This document shows, one piece after another, positions 1 to 8,468 of a stretch of 27,607 bases of DNA. How positions within the stretch are numbered: the first letter of the stretch is position 1; the number at the start of each line of letters is the position of its first letter. The translations under genes were made by a program, and so were the position numbers. This DNA is from a virus. Its lineage: Duplodnaviria; Heunggongvirae; Uroviricota; Caudoviricetes. The notes under the pieces were generated by a model, which worked only from the letters and a program-made list of their open reading frames with translations, searched no databases and was not told the origin of the DNA. Location: IMG/VR virus record IMGVR_UViG_3300030029_000205. One strand, 5' to 3'.

Positions 1-1377
1 GTGTTTGACTCTCAGAAAAATACCTATTCTTTGGCAACGATGAATTTTGAGTTGCTTTATGATTTAGATATTGAGTACGATATGCTTAAACAGGTGGCAA
101 CAAAGAATAAGCAGGGTTTTGTAAAGGCTTACAGAATTGATGTTGAGTATTGTAATGATGATAAGGAGTTTACTTTTAAGGCTGTAAATCCAAGAGATTT
201 TGACATTGATGAAAATAAACTCGATGAGCAGGAGGGTAAGCGATTCTTTATTGTACCTTACAATTATGTAATGTGGTATATGAAGGCAGTAGAGGTTCTT
301 CTTAAGAAAGGTTATACCTTGAGAATCCACCAATCTCTGTCGGGTATTGAGAAGATTAGATTGGTTACAACAAACCAGGATATTTTATCCAAGTTTTGTG
401 ACATTCCTGATGCAACGAAGGGTTTAACCGCTAAGTTTTTCCCATTGAAGGGTTTCTTTTATGCTCCATCAGTAGGAGCTCCGAGTACAACGGCTATGGT
501 AACGAATATTAATCTTTTTGATACGACGGTAATTAAAAATTCTCTCCCTAATGATTTTAAAACATATAATATTTCAAAGCCATCTGATGCAGTAGGTGAT
601 TTGATTGCTGAAGGTTTAATCATTAATAAGCTGATGACATTAAAGGCTGAAGATATAGGTGATTTTTATTACATTATTGAAAATTTACCCTCTAAGAAGT
701 ATTTTGCAGCTGATGCTGAGAATATTTCTGATGGAGATATTGCTAAGTACCTCCATTCATTATCAGACTTCTCAAAGAAGAAAGTTTATTCAATATTAGG
801 TATTGAAAAAGAGCTTGTGAGAAGAAAGGCAATCATCGGTAATGGAAGACAGATGACTGCTAAAGAGGTTGATAACATTGAGGAGACTTTCAAGAAGGGT
901 ATTTGTAGGGTAATTATTCAGAAGAAAGATTGTCGATTAAGTGCAGTAATGGGTACTAATAACAAGGTAATTCTTCAGAAGATTTACGGTAACCCATTAA
1001 AGTATGAGAGCTTTGCTCATAGATTTTATATGTTGTTAAATTGGCTCAGCGATGAAGGTAGCAATTTAAGTGATGACTCTATTGATGATGAGTTAAAGTA
1101 TTTAGGTTTAGGTTACGGCTCTGAGGGTATCAAGGCTGTTAATGCTTATTTAAGCTCTGACAGGGGTACTGTAGATGAGGAAAACTTAAAAGGTGCTTTA
1201 GCAGACATATTAGGGGTAAGTCTTAAGAGAAGTAATGCTCAGGTATCGACTAATAAGGTTTCTACTAATGTGTTAGTTAGAACATTAACTGCTCGATTAG
1301 ATGAAAACCATAATCCTGTTGATTATTATAAGTATATTGATAAATCAAAAATTATCGGTGGTATGATTTTTGAATAA
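1..1377 (+). CDS. Hypothetical protein, possibly with two WYL_2/DUF2693-like (SH3 beta-barrel) segments; 5' end may lie outside the window
   Basis: 458-codon ORF starting with GTG at base 1 and ending TAA TAG. Segments LKKGYTLRIHQSLSGIEKIRLVTTNQDILSKF and FKKGICRVIIQKKDCRLSAVMGTNNKVILQKIYG resemble each other and, by eye, the WYL_2 pattern. Confidence 0.6.
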   Translation: MFDSQKNTYSLATMNFELLYDLDIEYDMLKQVATKNKQGFVKAYRIDVEYCNDDKEFTFKAVNPRDFDIDENKLDEQEGKRFFIVPYNYVMWYMKAVEVLLKKGYTLRIHQSLSGIEKIRLVTTNQDILSKFCDIPDATKGLTAKFFPLKGFFYAPSVGAPSTTAMVTNINLFDTTVIKNSLPNDFKTYNISKPSDAVGDLIAEGLIINKLMTLKAEDIGDFYYIIENLPSKKYFAADAENISDGDIAKYLHSLSDFSKKKVYSILGIEKELVRRKAIIGNGRQMTAKEVDNIEETFKKGICRVIIQKKDCRLSAVMGTNNKVILQKIYGNPLKYESFAHRFYMLLNWLSDEGSNLSDDSIDDELKYLGLGYGSEGIKAVNAYLSSDRGTVDEENLKGALADILGVSLKRSNAQVSTNKVSTNVLVRTLTARLDENHNPVDYYKYIDKSKIIGGMIFE

Positions 1378-1400
1378 TAGGTAGTAAGGAGGGGAATTTT

Positions 1401-2507
1401 ATGTATTCTGAATATGAAAAGTATCTGTTAAATATAAGGAATAGTTTAATACAGAATGGCATAGAGTTCCCCGAAATTACTAAAGGTTCTATGAGTTACT
1501 ATGAGTTATTTAAGCTTGGTATCAAGTTAAGTGATATACTACTATATTACAGGGTATTAGCTGTAAGTGGCTCAGGTGATGGTCTTGAGAACTTTTTCTT
1601 GCCAATCAATACATCTTATGTAGATAAGATTAGGGGTATTTGCTATTCAGAGTTTGTATCTGATGTTCTTCCAAATTATAAAAAGTTGTCACTGGGTATA
1701 GAACCTGAAGAAGAGACTGATGATGTAGCTTTAGAAGATGTTGAAAATACTGAAGAAGTAGAATCTGATTTTTCAGAAGATTTATTTAATTCTATGTTTG
1801 AAGAAGATAATACCGAAGAAGATGTATCAGATGATACAGATGATAGTATAGAAAATGATTTTGATGCTACAATTAAACAAAGGTTAAATGAAAATACTGA
1901 GTATGTTCCTAATGGGGTGTATCTTGAAGAAGTACCATCAGAGGGGTATTCAGATGAAAGTGATACTTATGAAGAATCTGATTACTCTGTAGACGATGAG
2001 GATGACTATGAGGAGTCTGATTATTCTGAGGATGAGGAAGATTATTCAGAAAGTAATTATTCTGATGATGAGGATTATTCAGAAAGTGATTATTCTGAAG
2101 ATGATGAAGGTGATTATGAGGAGGGTGATTACTCTGTAGACGATGAAGATGACTATGCAGAAAGTGACTACTCTGAGGATGAAGAAGATGCTTATGAGGA
2201 AAGCGATTACTCCGAAGATGAAGATGATTACGCAGAAAGTGATTATTCTGAGGACTATGAAGAGAGTGACTATTCTGAGGATGAAGATGATTATGAGGAA
2301 AGTGATTACTCTCAAGATGAAGAAGATGATTATGAGGAAAGTGATTACTCAGAAGATGATGAAGAGGGTACTTACTCAAGCAGTAATGCAGATGGTGTAA
2401 AACCTAAGAAAACAAAAGACTTAGGTGATGAAATACAAGATATTACCAATACGGTATTAACTGGTTTAAAACAAAAAGCTATAAACTTTTTAAAGAAAAA
2501 AGAATAG
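1401..2507 (+). CDS. Hypothetical protein with a long Asp/Glu-rich tandem-repeat region
   Basis: 368-aa ORF with SD AAGGAGG upstream. Folded-looking N-terminal ~100 aa, an acidic repeat region and a short basic/amphipathic C-terminus. Confidence 0.8.
   Translation: MYSEYEKYLLNIRNSLIQNGIEFPEITKGSMSYYELFKLGIKLSDILLYYRVLAVSGSGDGLENFFLPINTSYVDKIRGICYSEFVSDVLPNYKKLSLGIEPEEETDDVALEDVENTEEVESDFSEDLFNSMFEEDNTEEDVSDDTDDSIENDFDATIKQRLNENTEYVPNGVYLEEVPSEGYSDESDTYEESDYSVDDEDDYEESDYSEDEEDYSESNYSDDEDYSESDYSEDDEGDYEEGDYSVDDEDDYAESDYSEDEEDAYEESDYSEDEDDYAESDYSEDYEESDYSEDEDDYEESDYSQDEEDDYEESDYSEDDEEGTYSSSNADGVKPKKTKDLGDEIQDITNTVLTGLKQKAINFLKKKE
1968..2366 (+). repeat. In-frame coding tandem repeat, about 11 imperfect copies of Y[EAS]ESDYS[EVQ]D[DE]EDD (27-39 bp units)
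   Basis: Read directly from the DNA (e.g. gattatgaggaaagtgattactc) and from the translation. Unit lengths are all multiples of 3. Confidence 0.9.
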
Positions 2508-2600
2508 TATAGGTTTTTTTGAATATATGCTATGTGGCAAAGATTGTTATATTATATATGCGTAGGTTCAAAAATATTTTTAAAAGGAGTAGATTTAAAA

Positions 2601-3533
2601 ATGATTAACGCAGTTACAAGAGATACACTTGTAGAACAGTTTCAGTCGGGTGTATCAACTATGTTCGAAGAGGTAAAGGGTAATTATAATATTGCTGAAG
2701 CAATGGCATCAAATAGTATTGATGATGTGAGAGCAATTATTAAAAAGGTACAGTCTTTAATGGTTGCTAATATTCCAGATGTTTCCAATGCTCCTAAGGC
2801 TTCTCTTTACATCTCATCTTCTGGTGTTGATGAGATTAATGTAATTAATATTACAGTAGCTAATAAGATTTCGTCAAGTAAATCTTTCAGTTATCAGACT
2901 TCTATTACAAAGGGTAAGACAATTGAAAAGATTGTTGATTTTATGAAGGATGTTTATACAGCTCTTTTGGTCGATGATCTTATTTGTGAAAACCTTGAAA
3001 GAGTAAATGAAGTTCTTGCTGAGGCTGTTAAAGATGCAGGTCTTTCTTATGGTATCAAGGTGGTTTCTCCTCTTGGTAACGATAATAAAAAGATTGCATC
3101 AATGTCAGATGATGAGATTGTATTTGTAGCAGACCCAGAAAGGGTATTTACTCTCGATACAATTATTGTACTTCTTGATGAAGCAGATGAGGTTATTACA
3201 GAAGATGTAATTACTTCTCATTATAATAGCCTTGTTGATGATATTTCTCAGGCTCAGACTCCTGAGCAGCTCGTTGGTATTCACGGTGGTGCTTTAGTGG
3301 CTTACATTTGTGATATCAGCAAGAGATTAAAACCTCTTACTCTTATCAAGAAGATTTGCAGTAAGAATATTGAAAAGTTAAGAGGTTCTAAGGATGCAGT
3401 AGCTTATTACTTTGAAGATGATGTTTTTGCTCTTGTTGAGAGAAGAGATGGAAACTTCACAGTAGTTCTTTCACCTTTTGATGTAAAAACTTTAAGAAGA
3501 GTAGATGTAGATGTCCTTAAGGGGATTGCTTAA
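2601..3533 (+). CDS. Hypothetical cytoplasmic protein (310 aa)
   Basis: The ORF track starts at 2532, but SD AAGGAG at 2584-2589 precedes ATG 2601. No recognisable motif. Followed by a terminator. Confidence 0.75.
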   Translation: MINAVTRDTLVEQFQSGVSTMFEEVKGNYNIAEAMASNSIDDVRAIIKKVQSLMVANIPDVSNAPKASLYISSSGVDEINVINITVANKISSSKSFSYQTSITKGKTIEKIVDFMKDVYTALLVDDLICENLERVNEVLAEAVKDAGLSYGIKVVSPLGNDNKKIASMSDDEIVFVADPERVFTLDTIIVLLDEADEVITEDVITSHYNSLVDDISQAQTPEQLVGIHGGALVAYICDISKRLKPLTLIKKICSKNIEKLRGSKDAVAYYFEDDVFALVERRDGNFTVVLSPFDVKTLRRVDVDVLKGIA

Positions 3534-3551
3534 TCATCTGTTTTTGATTAA

Positions 3552-3580
3552 AAGGGGTTGCTTGTCAACCCCTTATTTTT
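3552..3580 (+). terminator. Intrinsic terminator
   Basis: Stem AAGGGGTTG / CAACCCCTT with a 5-nt loop, followed by ATTTTT. Confidence 0.75.
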
Positions 3581-3596
3581 ATAGGAGGTTAAATTT

Positions 3597-4250
3597 ATGG
3601 TAGATAAAGATTTTGATGAATTAGTTGATGATGGTACAGAGGTTACTCCAGATTCTAATGCTCAAGAGGTAAAACCAGTCAAATTGGGTAAAGGTGCTGT
3701 TGCAGGAATTTTGATAGGTATTTTGTTTATTGTTGCGATATTAATACTTACCGTTGCCAGTTGCCATGTTGAGAAAAAAGAGAATGTTTCTCAAAATGGT
3801 GGAAGTACAATTTCGTCATCTACAGTAGTGTCTGAACCTATATCAAATGCAGGTGAAAATTCCGTAAAAAATGAAGAACAGACCACCGTTTTTTCGGAGG
3901 TAGCCACTACATCATCTGAAAATTTAAATAGTGCTAATAATCAAGGTACGGCATCTAAAGATACTAATCCAGTTGAGAAGAAAGATTCTGGTTTGTCTGA
4001 GGTAGCATTACCTGCTTTTGGTAATGAACTAACCTCGAAGGGTATTGTTATCAGTAAGCATGTATATTCTTATGAGGGTAGTTATATCTATGGTATAAAT
4101 ATTTCTGTTTTGATTGGAGATACAACTCAAACAGTTAATTATTTCTGTCCTAAGAATACATATGATGCTCTAAATACTACTGATACATTGTCTATTGTTT
4201 ATCAACAGGATAGTAGTGGATTGGTTAGCATATCGTCTATTTCAAAATAA
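3597..4250 (+). CDS. Bitopic membrane protein with Ser/Thr/Asn-rich stalk and small beta-rich (possibly OB-fold-like) C-terminal domain
   Basis: SD AGGAGG. Hydrophobic stretch AVAGILIGILFIVAILILTVA, low-complexity linker, and an alternating hydrophobic pattern in the last ~75 aa. Confidence 0.7.
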   Translation: MVDKDFDELVDDGTEVTPDSNAQEVKPVKLGKGAVAGILIGILFIVAILILTVASCHVEKKENVSQNGGSTISSSTVVSEPISNAGENSVKNEEQTTVFSEVATTSSENLNSANNQGTASKDTNPVEKKDSGLSEVALPAFGNELTSKGIVISKHVYSYEGSYIYGINISVLIGDTTQTVNYFCPKNTYDALNTTDTLSIVYQQDSSGLVSISSISK

Positions 4251-4469
4251 ACTATGTTTGTTTTTTAAGAATGTAGTCAATCTTTGATTATACACTGAGA
4301 ATATAGTTATGCGTGTGTTCCTCTTTTAGTGTGAGGGTATTAGGGTTTGTAGGATTTTTCGTATTTTTTAGTATTTTCTTGTTGTTTTGTATATTTTACT
4401 AAAAAGATGCGTATCTTTTGTACAATATTTACAAACTTAGAAAATTTCGAAAAAAATTTGAACAAAGAC

Positions 4470-4497
4470 TTGCAATTTTAATATTTGGTGCTAAAAT
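4470..4497 (+). promoter_or_regulatory. Putative sigma70/SigA promoter with extended -10
   Basis: TTGCAA (4470-4475), 16-bp spacer, TGc-TAAAAT (-10 at 4492-4497), and an A-rich UP-like tract upstream. Confidence 0.55.
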
Positions 4498-4573
4498 AGA
4501 GACATCAAATAAAGGGTAGAGCAAAAAATTCAAGCTCTATATACTTTAAATATATTATAAAGGAGAACTAATT

Positions 4574-5377
4574 ATGGCATTAACAGTAAGTAAGAAAAAG
4601 GTAGAAGAGACTGCTCCAGTAGCAGAGGCTGTAGCTGATGTAAGAGTTAAAGAGAAGGCTAAGGCAGAGGCAGTTGCCCCCACATATGACGAGTCAAAAC
4701 TCGGTTCTATGAGCGGTGCAGTTGAATTTGTTGCTCCTCTTGGTGACCCGTCACATCCTGATACGACTACTGATAAGGAAGGTAATAAGACTATTACTCC
4801 TTTCATCGTAGGTTACAGATTTAAGGCTCTTCAGGATATCGAAGTTCCTGAGTGTGGTCTTGATAAGGATGCTCGTAAGAATCTTATGTCTTACATTCCT
4901 GAGCAGAAGAACAACAAGAAGGCTGTAAAAGCAGGTGAGACATTTGATCTTACTCGTTTTGAGGCAGCACTTCTTCTCGCATCAGTTGAGTTCAACGGTG
5001 CAATTTCAGGTGGAGATAAGACCTTTATCGGTGTTTACCAGACAAAGACAATGAACAGCAAGAAGGGTACTGTAGGTACTACATCTGCAGCTACTGCACT
5101 TCCTACATTTGCTCTTAAGGCAGCTGGTGCAGGCAGTATCAAGGACTACGAGATTATCAAGGTTCTTACTTTTGCATCTGAGACTGTAAACAAGGACAAG
5201 AACGGTAATCCAATTACTCGTAAAAAGAGAACAATTGTTCCAGGTTTTGAGAAGTGGGAACCACTTTGCCTTGCTCAGGCTCCTACAAAGTCTGCTACAG
5301 GCGGTGCAAAGAAGACTCCTACAAATCGCAGAAATGCGAATGCAGAAGCATTCTTACAGCTCGTTGCAAGAAAGTAA
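4574..5377 (+). CDS. Hypothetical Lys/Ala/Thr-rich protein, probably highly expressed and monocistronic
   Basis: 267-aa ORF with SD AAAGGAG, its own promoter and terminator, and visibly more C-ending, AAG and CGT codons than most neighbours. Confidence 0.8.
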   Translation: MALTVSKKKVEETAPVAEAVADVRVKEKAKAEAVAPTYDESKLGSMSGAVEFVAPLGDPSHPDTTTDKEGNKTITPFIVGYRFKALQDIEVPECGLDKDARKNLMSYIPEQKNNKKAVKAGETFDLTRFEAALLLASVEFNGAISGGDKTFIGVYQTKTMNSKKGTVGTTSAATALPTFALKAAGAGSIKDYEIIKVLTFASETVNKDKNGNPITRKKRTIVPGFEKWEPLCLAQAPTKSATGGAKKTPTNRRNANAEAFLQLVARK

Positions 5378-5396
5378 TTTCTTGTTCAAGCAGTAC

Positions 5397-5428
5397 AATA
5401 GGGCAGTCAATAGACTGCCCTATTTTTG
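5397..5428 (+). terminator. Intrinsic terminator
   Basis: Perfect 12-bp stem AATAGGGCAGTC / GACTGCCCTATT with a 4-nt loop and a T tract. Confidence 0.85.
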
Positions 5429-5508
5429 TAGTTAAAATATTATAGAGCTGTGAATAATAGTAAAGAATATAAGTCAATAGGTATCTTTGTTTTAAGGGGA
5501 AGTTATGT

Positions 5509-6801
5509 ATGAAAGAAGATACAAATATTTCTTTTGCAAGAAAATATAGACCTACAAGTTTAAGTGGGTATATTGGTAATGCAGATATTAAAGATACTAC
5601 TTGCAGGTATTTGAAAAATCCTAAGAAACCTCAAACCATCCTACTAACGGGTAATAGTGGTTGTGGTAAAACGACTTTGGCTCGAATTATAGCTAAGGAA
5701 TATCTTTGTGAGAATAGAAATGAACTTACAGGAGCTTGTGGAGAATGTTTTACTTGTCAGGCGATGGATGAATACATACTGACAGGTAATACAGAGAATT
5801 TACCTGACTTATATGAGATTGACTCATCGGATAAGTCGGGAAAGAAAGATATAGACGCAATGTTGGGTAGTATGGAATACCCACCAGTCGGTGGAGATTG
5901 GAAAGTTTATATTATAGATGAAGTACATCTTTTGAGTGAAGGTGCTATGGGTAGATTACTTAAATCTGTAGAAGAGCCACCGGAGTATGTACTTATGATT
6001 TTCTGTACTACAAACCCTGAGAAGTTATTACCTACTATCCGTAATAGATGCCAGTTAAAGTTACCAGTCAGTAAACCTACCACTTCTGATATCGTCAAGT
6101 TATTAGAAAAGGTATGCGTAGAGGAAGGTAAAGATTATAATATCACTGGTCTTAGAATGATTGCTACTCGAAGTGATAATGTAGTAAGGGATAGTTTAAA
6201 CAATATTGAACGGGTACTTACGACAAGAGAAGATGCAACTGATAAGAGTGTAAGTGAAGAATTTAAAGAGGTTTCTGATAAGTTTGTATTTAATTTTTAT
6301 GATTGCTTATTAAATAAAGACTATATGGGGTATGTTGATATGATGTATAAAATAAAAACATCATATACTTTTGAACAGTTTTTGATTTCTTTGAGTAATT
6401 TTACCAAGAGGGGTATTTACATTGTAAACGGTATAGAGGTTGAAGGCTTATCTACAGACGAATTAAATTCATATATGAAGTTGTTCAAGAAGATGAGTCC
6501 GAAGCAAATAAGTTTTATTTTATCCGCTTTGAAAAAAATGAGTTTAGGTGACATTGAAGCTAATTTTATGTCTTTCATTTATTCCGATTTAGAAGATGGT
6601 AATGTTTCTGATGATAGGACTGCCGTTAAACAGGTAGAGAGTTTAGGAGTTACAGAGGAGAATAAATTCAGGAATAGTAATTTGGAAAAGATAGAATCAG
6701 CTAAGTTATCAAAAGGTTTAGAGTCTTTAGGTTCAGCTACTGAAGAAGTTGGATTTGATGACTTGTCAACTTATTTTAATTTAGAGAAAGTAGGAGGCTA
6801 A
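5509..6801 (+). CDS. dnaX: DNA polymerase III gamma/tau-like clamp-loader AAA+ ATPase
   Basis: ARKYRP N-terminal motif, Walker A GNSGCGKTT, C4 zinc module (YLC...ACGECFTC), EID, Walker B IIDEVH, LLKSVEEPP, TTNPEKLLPTIRNRC (SRC-like), and sensor-2 RDSL. Confidence 0.88.
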   Translation: MKEDTNISFARKYRPTSLSGYIGNADIKDTTCRYLKNPKKPQTILLTGNSGCGKTTLARIIAKEYLCENRNELTGACGECFTCQAMDEYILTGNTENLPDLYEIDSSDKSGKKDIDAMLGSMEYPPVGGDWKVYIIDEVHLLSEGAMGRLLKSVEEPPEYVLMIFCTTNPEKLLPTIRNRCQLKLPVSKPTTSDIVKLLEKVCVEEGKDYNITGLRMIATRSDNVVRDSLNNIERVLTTREDATDKSVSEEFKEVSDKFVFNFYDCLLNKDYMGYVDMMYKIKTSYTFEQFLISLSNFTKRGIYIVNGIEVEGLSTDELNSYMKLFKKMSPKQISFILSALKKMSLGDIEANFMSFIYSDLEDGNVSDDRTAVKQVESLGVTEENKFRNSNLEKIESAKLSKGLESLGSATEEVGFDDLSTYFNLEKVGG

Positions 6802-6805
6802 TTCT

Positions 6806-7681
6806 ATGAAAGCGAGAACTTCCGCAAGAGCAATATTGTTTATTATGGCTGTAATGGTAGTAAGTTTAGTATTTACTGCTATCAGCGTTCCAACGATTGA
6901 TGTTGCTTATGCAGAGAATACTTTGGAAGATAATGTAGGAGGAAACGGTTCAAGTTCTTCTAATTCAGGTTCTTCAGATTCTTCAGATGGTGATGATTTA
7001 TTTGGTGGTCTTAAAGACCAGGAGATTGACCCAGAAGATAAGGGTGTGTCGGATTGGTTAAAAGACCAGAGAGGGGTAAATTCCAAACAGTTGGAAAGTG
7101 CAACTCAGACAATGAGTCCTATTACTAATATCATTGGTTATATTACAGGTGGTATTATAATTTTAACAGTAGTAGGTGTAGTTGCTATAACAGCTTTAGA
7201 TTTACTTTACATTGCCGTTCCGCCAACTCGTAATTTCCTTTATAAAGCAGGTACAGATGGTACAGGTGGCTTTACAGGAGGTTTCGGAGCAGGAGGCTAC
7301 GGACGAATGGGTGGTATGTCGATGGGAGCTGGAGGAGCAGCTCAAGGGAGTAATAAACCTACCCAGTGGGTATCTGATGAAGCGGTAGCTTGTGCAGCGA
7401 TGCTTGGTGGTTCAGCACAGTCAGCTCAAGGCGGTATGATGCCAGGAATGGGAATGGGTGGCTATGGTGCTATGGGAGCTATGGGAGCTCAGCAACAGCA
7501 GGGTCAGATGAAGACTAAGTCTGTAATTGCTATGTACTTCAAGAAGAGATTGTTCTTCCTTATTCTTTTAGCTGTTTGTATTATTGTGTTAACATCAAGT
7601 GCTATAATGAATTGTGGTGTTAACCTTGCAGAATGGTTTCTTAAGATTGTCAATATGCTTAATGGTAAAATGTCTGCATAA
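6806..7681 (+). CDS. Signal-peptide membrane protein, pilin/VirB2-like hydrophobic hairpin family, paralog 1 (Gly/Met-rich insertion)
   Basis: Signal peptide ending VAYA. Hydrophobic segment ending DLLYIAVPP, then SDEA, then YFKKRLFFLILLAVC. These motifs are shared with the ORFs at 9153 and 10241. The CDS is solid; the pilin call is inference. Confidence 0.6.
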   Translation: MKARTSARAILFIMAVMVVSLVFTAISVPTIDVAYAENTLEDNVGGNGSSSSNSGSSDSSDGDDLFGGLKDQEIDPEDKGVSDWLKDQRGVNSKQLESATQTMSPITNIIGYITGGIIILTVVGVVAITALDLLYIAVPPTRNFLYKAGTDGTGGFTGGFGAGGYGRMGGMSMGAGGAAQGSNKPTQWVSDEAVACAAMLGGSAQSAQGGMMPGMGMGGYGAMGAMGAQQQQGQMKTKSVIAMYFKKRLFFLILLAVCIIVLTSSAIMNCGVNLAEWFLKIVNMLNGKMSA

Positions 7682-7698
7682 TATAAGAGGTTATAGCT

Positions 7699-7986
7699 AT
7701 GAGTAATGAATTATTTGATTATTTTAAAGAGAGATATTCAAAAAACAATGATAAAGATGTAACCTTAGACCAAATGAATCGTCAAAGGGTAAAAAACACT
7801 ATATCTAAGTTATGTAAGAAGTATTTGACTCAAGCAGGTCAGGTATTTAAATTTGAAGTTTCTCCTAAAGATTTACCCTATGCAATAGTAGCGATAGAGG
7901 AAGAACCTTTAAAATCTATGTATGATATTGTACAAATATCTGAAACATTGTTTGTAGCTAATTTGAAAGAGATTTCTTTTGGTTGA
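7699..7986 (+). CDS. Small hypothetical protein (95 aa)
   Basis: ORF with SD-like AGAGG that fills the gap within an operon. Confidence 0.7.
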   Translation: MSNELFDYFKERYSKNNDKDVTLDQMNRQRVKNTISKLCKKYLTQAGQVFKFEVSPKDLPYAIVAIEEEPLKSMYDIVQISETLFVANLKEISFG

Positions 7987-8003
7987 TATTGTAGTGAGGT
8001 AAT

Positions 8004-8468
8004 ATGGATATTATATATACTAAAGAGCAGATAGCCAGCATAGCTAATGAATTGGGTATCTCAAAAAGTGATGTAAATAATATATTGGGTTGTTACAGTG
8101 GGTATTTACAAACAAAGATTCTGGAAGGTAAAACTGTAAAAATTCTTAATATTTGCTATTTAAAAAACAACAATGAAAACTTAGATATAGGTAATGCTTA
8201 CAGAGAGACTCTTTCATATGTTGCAACAGAACTTTCAGAAATGATTGGAATAGGTAGTATAACTATCCAGAGGGTTCTCAGTACTTTAGAAGATTTTATA
8301 GTAGCTGATATAAAAAATGGTAAAGGCTACAGTTTACGAGGTCTTGTTAGGATAAGATGCAATGACGATGGCAAAGTAAGGATTAAAAAGTCTACAAAGT
8401 GGAATGGAGAGCCCATAAATGTTGTAACACTACATTCTTTTAAAAGGAGAATAGAAGATGCAAGGTAA
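8004..8468 (+). CDS. HU/IHF-like DNA-binding protein with two tandem HU-like repeats
   Basis: TKEQIASIANELGISKSDVNNIL...LEGKTVKILNICYL and TLSYVATELSEMIGIGSITIQRVLSTLEDFIVADIKNGKGYSLRGLVRIR both follow the HU helix-helix-G-x-x-V-x-L-x-G-F pattern. Confidence 0.6.
   Translation: MDIIYTKEQIASIANELGISKSDVNNILGCYSGYLQTKILEGKTVKILNICYLKNNNENLDIGNAYRETLSYVATELSEMIGIGSITIQRVLSTLEDFIVADIKNGKGYSLRGLVRIRCNDDGKVRIKKSTKWNGEPINVVTLHSFKRRIEDAR

Noticed and set aside
1968..2366. Repeat array as a possible CRISPR
   Set aside because: Units are degenerate, in frame and contiguous, with no unique spacers and no cas genes.
1909..2400. His/Asn-rich minus-strand ORF (1909-2379), Ile/Phe-rich ORF (2079-2315) and Met/Lys-rich +1 frame ORF (2143-2400)
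   Set aside because: These are shadow frames of the GAT/GAA-rich acidic repeat. They have no SD, and their composition is fully explained by the main frame.
2532..2600. Upstream starts given by the ORF track (2532; likewise 17361 and 18470)
   Set aside because: SD position supports the downstream ATGs at 2601, 17376 and 18479.
6528..6545. A7 run in dnaX as a programmed frameshift or slippage site making gamma/tau forms
   Set aside because: It is not the A AAA AAG heptamer, no clear downstream hairpin was seen, and A runs are common in this AT-rich DNA.
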